A stretch of 22,687 nt of DNA. Source: Candidatus Eiseniibacteriota bacterium (GTDB lineage: Bacteria > Eisenbacteria > RBG-16-71-46 > JABDJR01 > JAWXBZ01). The DNA lies in the NCBI GenBank assembly GCA_034440375.1, contig JAWXBZ010000013.1:1-22687 (forward strand), written 5' to 3'. Below are positions 1-8,098 of the stretch, in pieces (position 1 is the stretch's first letter; every line of letters starts with the position of its first letter). The translations under genes and the position numbers were made by a program. The notes below the pieces were generated by a model. That model had not been told where the DNA came from. It saw nothing but the letters and a program-made list of their open reading frames with translations, and ran no database searches.

Positions 1-1
1 C

Positions 2-622
2 GCCTCGCTGGAAATGTCAGACAGGACGGCGACGATTGCCACGTTGACGGGTGCACTCAAGGATCCCGATCGGAGCGTGGCGCTGGCGGCGGCCGCCGCG
101 CTGACCCGGATCGATGGGCTGGATCACGCGAGTGAGGTCGCCTCCATCTCGACAGGAGATTTTCCACTCAACCTCGACACCATCCGGAAACCTTTGGCAA
201 AAGGGGCGCGAATCGTGACGTCCCGGGGTGAGTTGGTGATCGAATTCCTGCCCGGCGCCGCCCCGAATACCGTTGCCAATTTCACCTCGCTGGCCACGCG
301 CGGCTACTTTAACGAACTTAATTTCCATCGGGTGGTACCGGGGTTCGTCACGCAGGACGGCTGCCCCCGCGGCGACGGTTGGGGCGGGCCCGGATACGCC
401 ATCCGTTGCGAGTACAACGATCAGCATTATGAAGCCGGGATGGTGGGGATGGCCCTCTCCGGCAAGGACACCGGCGGCAGTCAGTACTTCATCACGCATA
501 CGCCGCAGCCTCACCTGGATGGACGCTTTACCATTTTTGGCCGGGTCGTTTCGGGCCTTGACGTTCTCGAGGACATTCTGATCGGGGAGCCGATCGACCG
601 GATCGACCTGACTTCCTCGTAA
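2..622 (+). CDS. Cyclophilin-type peptidyl-prolyl isomerase with upstream HEAT-like repeat (5' partial)
   Basis: Frame is open from base 2. Cyclophilin motifs APNTVANF, FHRVVPGFVTQDG, GMALSGKDTGGSQYFI and HLDGRFTIFG; HEAT-like 'ALKDPDRSVALAAAAAL' precedes them. Confidence 0.92.
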   Translation, partial: ASLEMSDRTATIATLTGALKDPDRSVALAAAAALTRIDGLDHASEVASISTGDFPLNLDTIRKPLAKGARIVTSRGELVIEFLPGAAPNTVANFTSLATRGYFNELNFHRVVPGFVTQDGCPRGDGWGGPGYAIRCEYNDQHYEAGMVGMALSGKDTGGSQYFITHTPQPHLDGRFTIFGRVVSGLDVLEDILIGEPIDRIDLTSS

Positions 623-651
623 CCCCGCCGGACAACGGCGATGGAGACGAT

Positions 652-3264
652 TTGACGCAGCAGCAACAAGAGATCATTTCACCCGGGGCTGGGTCGGCCG
701 GCCCATCAGGACGCGGAGTTGTCCGTGCGGGTCGGCGACTCCTGTGGCTTCTGGCCGCCGGGCTGGTCGGTTTTTTCGACAGCCATGCCGCCTCCCCGGA
801 TTTACCGGCCACCCTGGACGCACGATTTCGGACCGCACACCGTTCCCCCTTTGCGGCCCGGGAGGCCCTGGCGCCCGGGTCCGACGGTCGGATCAGTTGC
901 TTCGTCGAGGGCCCGGTGTCCAGGACACAACTGGAACGACTGGGGGCCCGCGTCGGCCCGGAATCAAACGGCCGCCGAACGGTGCGTGTTCCCCTCCCCA
1001 ACCTGTTTGCGGCGGCACGGCTACCGGGTGTCCGCCGAATCTCACCGGCCCTTCGGATGCGGCCGAACCTCGACCTGTCCGGCCTCGACACCCGCGCGAC
1101 GCTGCTTCATCAGGGATCGATCGATGCCGCCGTCGGTGTCCGGGGTGACGGGGCCATCGTCGGAATAATCGACAGTGGAATCGACTGGATGCACCTCGAT
1201 TTCAAGCAATCGGGAGGCGCCACCCGCCTTCTCGGCATCTGGGACCAGACGGACCCGATCGGGCCAGCGCCGGTCAGTCAGTCCTACGGATCGTATTGGA
1301 CGCCGGCCGAGATCAACCTGGCGGTCTGCCGCCAGCGCGACAGCACCTACTACGGACACGGCACACACGTGGCCGGCATCGCCGCCGGCAACGGGCGCGC
1401 CACCGGAAACGGCCAGCCAGCTTTCACCTATGTCGGAGTGGCCCCGAGGGCCGACCTCCTGGTCGTCAACACCACCTTTGACGATGTCGATATCGCCGAC
1501 GCCATCGCCTGGATTTTCGAAGAGGCGACACGGCTTGGCCGGCCGGCCGTGGTGAACCTGAGTCTTGGCAGCGATTACGGCCCGCACGACGGAACCACCG
1601 ACCTGGAGCAATTCATCAACGGCATCGTTGGGCCGGGACGTGTCGTTGTGGCCAGCTGCGGCAACTCGAATGGCCGCGGCCGACATGGCGAACGAATCGT
1701 GCCGATGGCCGGCGATGGCGTCCTTTCCTTCCGGATCTTTGGCTACACCCCGAGCCCGTCCTTATCGGATGGCCTTTCGATCGATCTCTGGTACCCGGGC
1801 GGTGATAATCACCTTGTCTCGGTTCGAACTCCAGGCGGATTCTCGGTCGGGCCGGTGGCCAAGGGACTCTTTCTCGCAGCCGGCACGCCCGACGGATGGG
1901 TGTCGATCGACGCTTCCGGTACGGAAGGGTTGAACTCGAATGGCGACGTCGAAGTGCTGATTGACATTTCCGACGCCGGCGGCATCGCGCCGGCAACCGG
2001 CGATTTCGAGGTACGGTTCACCCGGGTGTCGGGCGGTGTCATGAGCGAGGTCGACGGGTGGATCTACGATTGGTCCTTTCCATTTCCGCCAGCCTTTGTC
2101 AGCGGGAAGGAGGAGGCGGAACTGGTCATCACGCCGTCCACCGCCGACAGCTCGATCAGCGTGGCATCGCATACGACGCGGGCCTCCTGGCAGTCCATCA
2201 ATACCAGCATCTACAACTACGGACAGACGTTGAACCAGATCTCGGCATTTTCAAGCCCAGGCCCCCGGCGGGACGGCCAGGCCAAGCCGGATCTATCGGC
2301 GCCCGGTAGTGCCATCGGGGCGACGCACTCGGCGACCAGCCAGCCGAATCCCATCCCCAATATCCTGCCGGACGGGGTCCACAAGATCCTCCAGGGAACG
2401 AGTATGTCAGCGCCCCAGGTCACCGGCGCTACCGCCCTGCTCCTTTCCCGCTGGCCAAACCTTTCCTCTTCCCAGATCCGGGCGGCCCTGACCCAGTCGG
2501 CCCGGGCGGACGGCCCAACCGGGGCCGTGCCGAACAACAGTTGGGGGTATGGCAAGCTGGACCTGGAACAACTCTTCCGGCAGCGACTGGCCTTCACGAC
2601 GACGATCGATCCGATGCGCCTGGCACATCCCGGCAGCTCTGTCGGCCTGTTCGAATTGTGTGCGCTGCCGGCCACCGGCTCGTGGAGCACGCGGTATCGG
2701 GTGCGGGTCTCGGACAGCCAGGGGTGGCTGCACCATCGGAATGGTGGCCTGCCCATGGCGGTCGCCAGCTATGACACCGTCACCTCCCCCGCGGTCCCGG
2801 GCGGTTCGCGCTGCGCGCCGGTGGAGGGCGCGCTGTCCATCGAAATCCCGACGCCGACCCCGACCGGCACTTCGACCACCGTCACCTTTGTCGTCGAACC
2901 GGAGGGCCTGCCCTGGATGGCAGTGACCCGGGTCACCACCATCACCGCCTCCACGACATCCGGCACCGATGACCGGGCGATCCCCGATCGAACGGAATGG
3001 ACCCTGGCCTCACCACCTGGCGAGCGTCCGTCGGAGTTCGTGGTGGCTTCACCCCGGGGTGGCCTCGTGCGGCTCACCGCATTCGATGTGGCCGGACGGC
3101 GGCGAGCCGTGCTTTTCGATGGGTTGGTTGAGGCGGGCTGGACCAGAGTCCGATGGGATGGATCGGATGATGCGGGTCGGCCGCTCGCCGGCGGTATCTA
3201 CTTCGTGAAGCTCGTTTCGGTTGACGGATCGTCGACCGGCCGCATCATCCTCGCGTCACGTTGA
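652..3264 (+). CDS. S8 (subtilisin-family) serine peptidase with C-terminal FlgD-Ig-like domain, probably secreted
   Basis: Catalytic triad motifs IIDSG, HGTHVAGIAAG and GTSMSAP. Hydrophobic N-terminal stretch. C-terminus 'FDVAGRR...WDGSDDAGRPLAGGIYFVKL' is typical of FlgD-Ig-like tails. TTG start is uncertain. Confidence 0.92.
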   Translation: MTQQQQEIISPGAGSAGPSGRGVVRAGRRLLWLLAAGLVGFFDSHAASPDLPATLDARFRTAHRSPFAAREALAPGSDGRISCFVEGPVSRTQLERLGARVGPESNGRRTVRVPLPNLFAAARLPGVRRISPALRMRPNLDLSGLDTRATLLHQGSIDAAVGVRGDGAIVGIIDSGIDWMHLDFKQSGGATRLLGIWDQTDPIGPAPVSQSYGSYWTPAEINLAVCRQRDSTYYGHGTHVAGIAAGNGRATGNGQPAFTYVGVAPRADLLVVNTTFDDVDIADAIAWIFEEATRLGRPAVVNLSLGSDYGPHDGTTDLEQFINGIVGPGRVVVASCGNSNGRGRHGERIVPMAGDGVLSFRIFGYTPSPSLSDGLSIDLWYPGGDNHLVSVRTPGGFSVGPVAKGLFLAAGTPDGWVSIDASGTEGLNSNGDVEVLIDISDAGGIAPATGDFEVRFTRVSGGVMSEVDGWIYDWSFPFPPAFVSGKEEAELVITPSTADSSISVASHTTRASWQSINTSIYNYGQTLNQISAFSSPGPRRDGQAKPDLSAPGSAIGATHSATSQPNPIPNILPDGVHKILQGTSMSAPQVTGATALLLSRWPNLSSSQIRAALTQSARADGPTGAVPNNSWGYGKLDLEQLFRQRLAFTTTIDPMRLAHPGSSVGLFELCALPATGSWSTRYRVRVSDSQGWLHHRNGGLPMAVASYDTVTSPAVPGGSRCAPVEGALSIEIPTPTPTGTSTTVTFVVEPEGLPWMAVTRVTTITASTTSGTDDRAIPDRTEWTLASPPGERPSEFVVASPRGGLVRLTAFDVAGRRRAVLFDGLVEAGWTRVRWDGSDDAGRPLAGGIYFVKLVSVDGSSTGRIILASR

Positions 3265-3486
3265 TCGACGCCCGCAGAAAGTAAATCGGGGTACGAACGG
3301 CTTGCTTCGCGGTCCCGATCACGCTTGCCGGTGGTCCCCGCCAACCGGAATCGCGACCCGGGCAGATGGTGTCGGCGTGGCCGATTCACACCGGCCACCC
3401 CATCCACGAAGGTCTGCCGCCCGCACCCCGCACCAGCCGCTATCCGGACGAATCCGGGGGATGCCCGGGCTGGCCTACATTCATGA

Positions 3487-4224
3487 CTACTTGCCGCTGA
3501 GGACCTCGGCCTTGGCGTTGCCGTCATATCCGGACAGGCGGGCCTCGATGTTTCGGATCGGCATCGAGATCAGGGGCACCTGTCCATTGTCATCGACCAG
3601 AAGGTCAACGGCCATGTTCTCGAGATTGATTGTCAGCCTCTTCATGCGATAGGAGCCGCGGGCGTTCTCGAACGACCCCATGCCCCGAATCATGACGTGT
3701 GCCATGTGGACCTTGGCGGCGCCCGTATCGAAAACCGCGACATCCTGCTCGCCACCCTTGTCGAAATCGTAGTGCCGCACGACCAGCGTCAGGAGCGATA
3801 CCACGTGATCGTCAATGACGAGCTCCGCCGGCTTGATTCTCAGGTTACGCTTGCTGCTGCTGCCGTTCTCCTTGAGCGAAAGCACGGCCTTGCCACCGTC
3901 GAAGACGGCTTCCACCTGGTCAACCCGTTCCCCCCGATCGATCACCCGCGTGTACCGGCGGGGTGCCAGGGTGGCCGCGTCAAAAATCAGGGTTGGCCGA
4001 AGCGTTGTAGAAACCCCGCCGACCTCCAGGACGCACTCTCCCTCGAGAGTGACCTGGCCATCCTCCGCCTCGCTCAACGTGAAGCGTTCCGACCCGACCC
4101 GACTTCCATTCTGGAAGATATCGTAAGTGCCATTGCCCGATGCGCTCGCCCGTGAATCCGGGGCAACGCCAATCAGCAGGAAACCAAAAGTCATTCCACC
4201 CATCACCCAATTCACCAAGCCCAC
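3487..4224 (-). CDS. Hypothetical secreted beta-strand-rich protein
   Basis: Long ORF with a signal-like N-terminus followed by 'GTYDIFQNGSRVGSERF'. GTG at 4224 has GGAGG upstream; the ORF-track start at 4332 is probably too long. Confidence 0.7.
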   Translation of the reverse strand: MGLVNWVMGGMTFGFLLIGVAPDSRASASGNGTYDIFQNGSRVGSERFTLSEAEDGQVTLEGECVLEVGGVSTTLRPTLIFDAATLAPRRYTRVIDRGERVDQVEAVFDGGKAVLSLKENGSSSKRNLRIKPAELVIDDHVVSLLTLVVRHYDFDKGGEQDVAVFDTGAAKVHMAHVMIRGMGSFENARGSYRMKRLTINLENMAVDLLVDDNGQVPLISMPIRNIEARLSGYDGNAKAEVLSGK

Positions 4225-4450
4225 GTCCAAGCCCTCCGTTTCGCCGCCATCGCACCCAAATCGTCCGGAAGCCCTCCGGATGCTGTTCGGGAGTCGACGA
4301 GTGCGGGAACCGAGCAAGTAGACGCGGGCCACACAGTGAAAGTTGCATGGCTGAATGTAAATATTGAAAATGGGCGAGGGGGAGCCGTCGGCGTGAAACT
4401 ATCGTGTCAATCGGTGGATCCGGCATACCCACCGACAGAAGGCAGAGCCG

Positions 4451-5179
4451 TTACTTTTTCCCGACGGGGCGATACGTGCGGAAAACGAGGTCCCAGAGCG
4501 GTGTGGAGATGCCGTAGCGGGTGTCGTGGTCATCGAAGTGGTGAAGCAGGTGGTAGCTGCGGAGGAACTTGCCGACGCCCGACGTCGGTCGGGCATGATG
4601 CACGTAGAAGTGGACACTGTCGTAGAACAGGTATCCGCCCATCATGCCGGCATAGAGCGGGCCCCACCAGACTTTGCCGAAGGCGGCGAAGAAGATGAGG
4701 GCAAAAAAGGATGCCAGGCCCCAGTACATGAGCGGCGGCGCCACCAGCCGCATCGGGTCGTCCGGAAACTCGTGATGGTAGCCGTGTGTCAGAAAGAAGA
4801 ACGCCTTCAGCGTCTCGGACTTCGGCGTGTAGTGGAAAAGCCAGCGGTGCAGGAGATACTCCAGCAGAGTCCAGAGAAGCATGCCGGCCGCAAAGCCCAG
4901 CCCGAGCTGCCAGGCCGGAAGGTCGTGGGAATGCCCCCACCAGATTCCCCCCGCCATGATCGGAATCGTGAACAGCCACGGCACATACCACGGCGATTTC
5001 GTGAGCCCAAGCTCCATCATCTTGCTGCGAAAAATCTGGATGCCATTCTTCTTCCGGCGATTTTCCGGGTCCGGCTTGGCATCAATTCCCTGCCAGCGCC
5101 GCATCGTATCCAGGCATTCCTCGGAATAAACAGATCGAATCGGAGGACTTGCGGGTGTTGCCGGTGATACAGGTGACAT
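4451..5179 (-). CDS. Fatty acid hydroxylase / sterol desaturase family membrane protein (FA2H-like)
   Basis: Four His boxes (HRWLFH, HGYHH, HFYVHH, HLLHH), several TM segments, and 'YGISTPLWDLVFRT'. AAGGAGG precedes the ATG. Confidence 0.9.
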   Translation of the reverse strand: MSPVSPATPASPPIRSVYSEECLDTMRRWQGIDAKPDPENRRKKNGIQIFRSKMMELGLTKSPWYVPWLFTIPIMAGGIWWGHSHDLPAWQLGLGFAAGMLLWTLLEYLLHRWLFHYTPKSETLKAFFFLTHGYHHEFPDDPMRLVAPPLMYWGLASFFALIFFAAFGKVWWGPLYAGMMGGYLFYDSVHFYVHHARPTSGVGKFLRSYHLLHHFDDHDTRYGISTPLWDLVFRTYRPVGKK

Positions 5180-5272
5180 GAAGCGACGAACCCTCCTTGA
5201 CGGGCCAAGCTGACGGGGGGAAGTCTACTTCAGCGGGTGGGGCGAGTCCAAGCAGCCCTTCCCCCCCCTGCC

Positions 5273-6202
5273 TTACCGCTTCGGGGGCCGGGCAAAGCCG
5301 AAATCCCCGTTGTCACGTTCGCGAAGGCGATTCCGGTGATGCCGGTCCTCGATCCCGAGAGCCCGGAGGCCCGACGCGTATTCGTAGCGGAGTATGAACC
5401 GATCGGTGGCTGCCGCCTCCGGCTCGAACCAGGTGCGCTGAACCACATCATGGCTGCGCTCACCCCATCCGGTGCCTGGGCTGGAATTGTCCCTGTTGTC
5501 GCGCTGCCGTTCCGCCGTCATGTCACGACCCGCCTCGGCCTTCGACTGTCCCATCTCGGGCGAGGCCGGCGGGCCCGCGGCGGGCGACGATGCCCGATTA
5601 CCCGCCTCATCCCGGGACCTCTCCTGCGGTGAATCAAACTGCCCCCGGTCCCGCAGCCAGCGGCCACCCACTTCACGGAAGGCCATGACCCGAATCCAGC
5701 CCAGATCACCGTTGGCCTGCCCGCTCCGCTCGGCGTAAGACCGCTCCTCGTCGACGAACACGAACCGTCGAACCTCGTCCAGCGACGTCCGCCACCCGCG
5801 AATTTCCGTCTCTTCCCACGGACCGAGCACGTACATCGCCTCATGATTCTTGAGCTTCGACCGCTCGCCGTTCACGACGTTCAACCCGTCGACCGTGATC
5901 AGCACCCCCACCCGCTCCCCTGAGTTGTTCCGGATCGCCAGCGCGTAGTTCCGCCCCCGCACCGCTTCGAAATAGCGCCGATCCGGGCGACCCGGCGCCT
6001 CGAAGAGCGCCGTCGCCCGCTCATTCACCATCACCCGGACATCAACCAGGTCCCCCGTCAACTCCCGCCCCGGCTCGGGCGAATGGGCCGAGAGGACACC
6101 GGTTGAGAGCGGCAACAGGAGCATGACCATGTAGAGAGGAGCCGGGGCGCCGGACCAGCGGGATCGGGATGGGCCAAAAAATGACACGCCAAGCGGTTTC
6201 AT
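5273..6202 (-). CDS. Conserved-looking hypothetical protein with signal peptide
   Basis: 309-aa ORF with GGAGG RBS, hydrophobic N-terminus and a globular region 'VLITVDGLNVVNGE...IRGWRTSLDEVRRFVF'. Confidence 0.75.
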   Translation of the reverse strand: MKPLGVSFFGPSRSRWSGAPAPLYMVMLLLPLSTGVLSAHSPEPGRELTGDLVDVRVMVNERATALFEAPGRPDRRYFEAVRGRNYALAIRNNSGERVGVLITVDGLNVVNGERSKLKNHEAMYVLGPWEETEIRGWRTSLDEVRRFVFVDEERSYAERSGQANGDLGWIRVMAFREVGGRWLRDRGQFDSPQERSRDEAGNRASSPAAGPPASPEMGQSKAEAGRDMTAERQRDNRDNSSPGTGWGERSHDVVQRTWFEPEAAATDRFILRYEYASGLRALGIEDRHHRNRLRERDNGDFGFARPPKR

Positions 6203-6283
6203 GCAGGACCTCCAGGAAGTAGGTAAAGCGGCAGACCAGCGCCACTACCGCCTCCATGTGGATCCCTATTCCCCAACAAATGA

Positions 6284-6319
6284 GAAAAGGCCGCCCGACC
6301 GGAACCCGATCAGGCGACC
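6284..6319 (-). terminator. Intrinsic terminator downstream of the tRNA-Cys 3' end
   Basis: Minus strand reads GGTCGCCTGATCGG-GTT-CCGGTCGGGCGGCC then TTTTC: a 14-bp stem with G-U pairs, starting 15 nt after the CCA. Confidence 0.7.
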
Positions 6320-6334
6320 ACATGACCTCGTAAC

Positions 6335-6380
6335 TGGAGGCGCCACCCGGATTTGAACCGGGGAATAACGGTTTTGCAGA
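6335..6380 (-). pseudogene. 3' half of tRNA-Cys(GCA); att junction of the integrated element
   Basis: Minus strand TCTGCAAAACCGTTATTCCCCGGTTCAAATCCGGGTGGCGCCTCCA contains the GCA anticodon loop, T-arm, acceptor 3' strand and CCA. Upstream bases cannot form the anticodon 5' stem, D-arm or acceptor 5' strand. The integrase stop lies 15 bp away. Confidence 0.88.
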
Positions 6381-6395
6381 GGTCGGCGCTGACCC

Positions 6396-7463
6396 CTATC
6401 TGTTGACCACACGCATACTTGTGTTCTCCGAACGGCCGTTGGGACCAGAGACGGGACCGGTTTCGACCCGGTCGAGGTCGGCGAAGAGCGCCGCGTCCGA
6501 CAATCCAGCGTACCTCTCGGTCATTCGCGATGTCGAGTGACCGAGCATCCGCTGAAGAGCGGCGAGACTTCCTCCCCGTTCCAGGTACCGGCAGGCAAAC
6601 GTGTGCCGAAGCTGGTGCCAGTGCCAATTCACCTTGTTGTCCTCCGGCATCCGGCCCGCGTTGCGATAGGCCAGCGTGCAGGGATTGACCATGCGGTAAG
6701 GCGACACGAAAACGCCCGAGGCGATCTTTCGGAGTTCCTCGATGACGCGTCCCGCCTCGGCCGTCAACGGCACCCGGCGCACCCGGCCCGACTTCGTTCC
6801 TTCGAGAACCAGGTGCAGTCGCGGCTCCTTGACGACGTGCCGCCACTGCAGCTCCCGAAGCTCTCCCCACCGGAGTCCGGTTTCGACGACCAGCCCGATA
6901 CAGAGTGCTTCCTTCGGACGTGCGTAATTGAAAATCTGCTCCATCTGCTCGTCGGCCAGGCGCCGCGGCGCGTGCTCGGCGATGCGCGGCATGATATCCC
7001 GCCGCCAGGGCACCGAGACGAGTTCGCCGGCATCGACCGCGTGGCGCAGAAGGCAGCGGACGTCGGACAAGATGTGATGCACTGTCTGAGGCTCCATGTT
7101 CCCATCCAACCGGGCCCGGAGAGCCCGGAGGTCGGCGTACGTCAGCCGGGCCAGCTCCACCGCCCCGATCACCGGCAGGATGTGCTGTTCGAGCCTCCGT
7201 TCCGTGAGCTTCACCCCCTTTGGATTCCGGCGCTGGTGGACCCACTCTTTCATCCAGCGCGTGGAAAAAGTCGAGACCGTTTCTGTTCTGGGCTCGTTCG
7301 CCTTCCGGTGCTCGAGCTCGATCGCATCGAGCGAGGCGGCAAGGCAATCCCTGGCGGTCTCCGAATCTCGTGTTCCCAGCGCGCGGCGGTACAGCTTCCC
7401 CCCGACAAACATCCGGGCGTAGTACCACCCACCGCGTCTAACCAGATTTCGTGGTCGTCGCAA
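6396..7463 (-). CDS. int: Tyrosine recombinase / phage-type integrase
   Basis: Catalytic motifs TGLRWGE (R), TKSG (K), HQLRH, LGHS and RYA (Y); N-terminal arm-binding-like 'RGGWYYAR'. TTG at 7463 has AAGGAG 7 nt upstream (ORF-track start is 7502). Confidence 0.95.
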   Translation of the reverse strand: MRRPRNLVRRGGWYYARMFVGGKLYRRALGTRDSETARDCLAASLDAIELEHRKANEPRTETVSTFSTRWMKEWVHQRRNPKGVKLTERRLEQHILPVIGAVELARLTYADLRALRARLDGNMEPQTVHHILSDVRCLLRHAVDAGELVSVPWRRDIMPRIAEHAPRRLADEQMEQIFNYARPKEALCIGLVVETGLRWGELRELQWRHVVKEPRLHLVLEGTKSGRVRRVPLTAEAGRVIEELRKIASGVFVSPYRMVNPCTLAYRNAGRMPEDNKVNWHWHQLRHTFACRYLERGGSLAALQRMLGHSTSRMTERYAGLSDAALFADLDRVETGPVSGPNGRSENTSMRVVNR

Positions 7464-7653
7464 GGCGCGTCTCCTTTCTGTTTCGCCTTGCCAACCATTC
7501 ATCCAACTCCGTACGCCTGAACCTTACCGTGGCCCCCGCCTTTAGGAAGGGAATTCGACGACGCCAGACCCACTGGTACACGGTGCGTGGCTTCACCCGG
7601 AGATAGTCGGCGGCCTCGGGAACAGTCAGGAGCGCTTCGGGCACTGCATTCAC
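7438..7653 (-). CDS. xis: Excisionase-like helix-turn-helix DNA-binding protein
   Basis: 'LLTVPEAADYLRVKPRTVYQWV...IPFLKAGATVRFRRTELDEWL' fits the HTH_17/Xis pattern. GTGA overlap with the upstream gene. Confidence 0.88.
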   Translation of the reverse strand: MNAVPEALLTVPEAADYLRVKPRTVYQWVWRRRIPFLKAGATVRFRRTELDEWLARRNRKETRLATTTKSG

Positions 7654-7958
7654 CTCCGCTGGTCGCCCACGAGCTGGCGGATCTGATCGATGATGGCCAC
7701 CTCGAACAGGTCGGCCGTCTCGCGATCAATCGGGTGATGGAGGGGGTGCGGCTTGCCGGTGGACGCGAGCTTCCGTGGATAGGTGAGAAACAGGCGACCG
7801 GACAATTCGTCGCGGCGGATCGCGATGTCGTTCAAGAGGACGCTGCCGTACCGGCAGGAGGCGTAGGCCACCAGGCCATCCGTGCCGTTCGGGACCGGGC
7901 GGATCCGGACTTCGCTGATTTCGTGAATTTTGTGAATGGTTTTGGAAATGTCAGACAT
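7650..7958 (-). CDS. SpoVG-like nucleic-acid-binding protein
   Basis: 'ISEVRIRPV...LVAYAS...LLNDIAIRR...LFLTYPRK...HPIDRETADLFEVAII' follows the SpoVG pattern. GGAGG RBS precedes ATG 7958. Confidence 0.75.
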   Translation of the reverse strand: MSDISKTIHKIHEISEVRIRPVPNGTDGLVAYASCRYGSVLLNDIAIRRDELSGRLFLTYPRKLASTGKPHPLHHPIDRETADLFEVAIIDQIRQLVGDQRR

Positions 7959-8098
7959 GATCGGTGACCTCCTGTGACGCCCCGACCGGGTCATTGAATG
8001 TGGGCGACTGGTTTTGTGGTTGCTCCGAACCGTGCACGAAATTCACAAAATCCCCATCCATGGCCGGCGCCTCCGAATTTCGTGAATTTTGTGAGTGG
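7911..8098. repeat. Iteron-like 9-bp-period repeats in direct and inverted arrays
   Basis: ATTTCGTGAATTTTGTGA is identical at 7918-7935 and 8077-8094; an inverted copy CACGAAATTCACAAAAT lies at 8035-8051. Confidence 0.8.

Noticed and set aside
6335-6410. Complete tRNA-Cys gene
   Set aside because: No 5' acceptor strand, D-arm or complementary anticodon 5' stem; that space is occupied by the integrase end.
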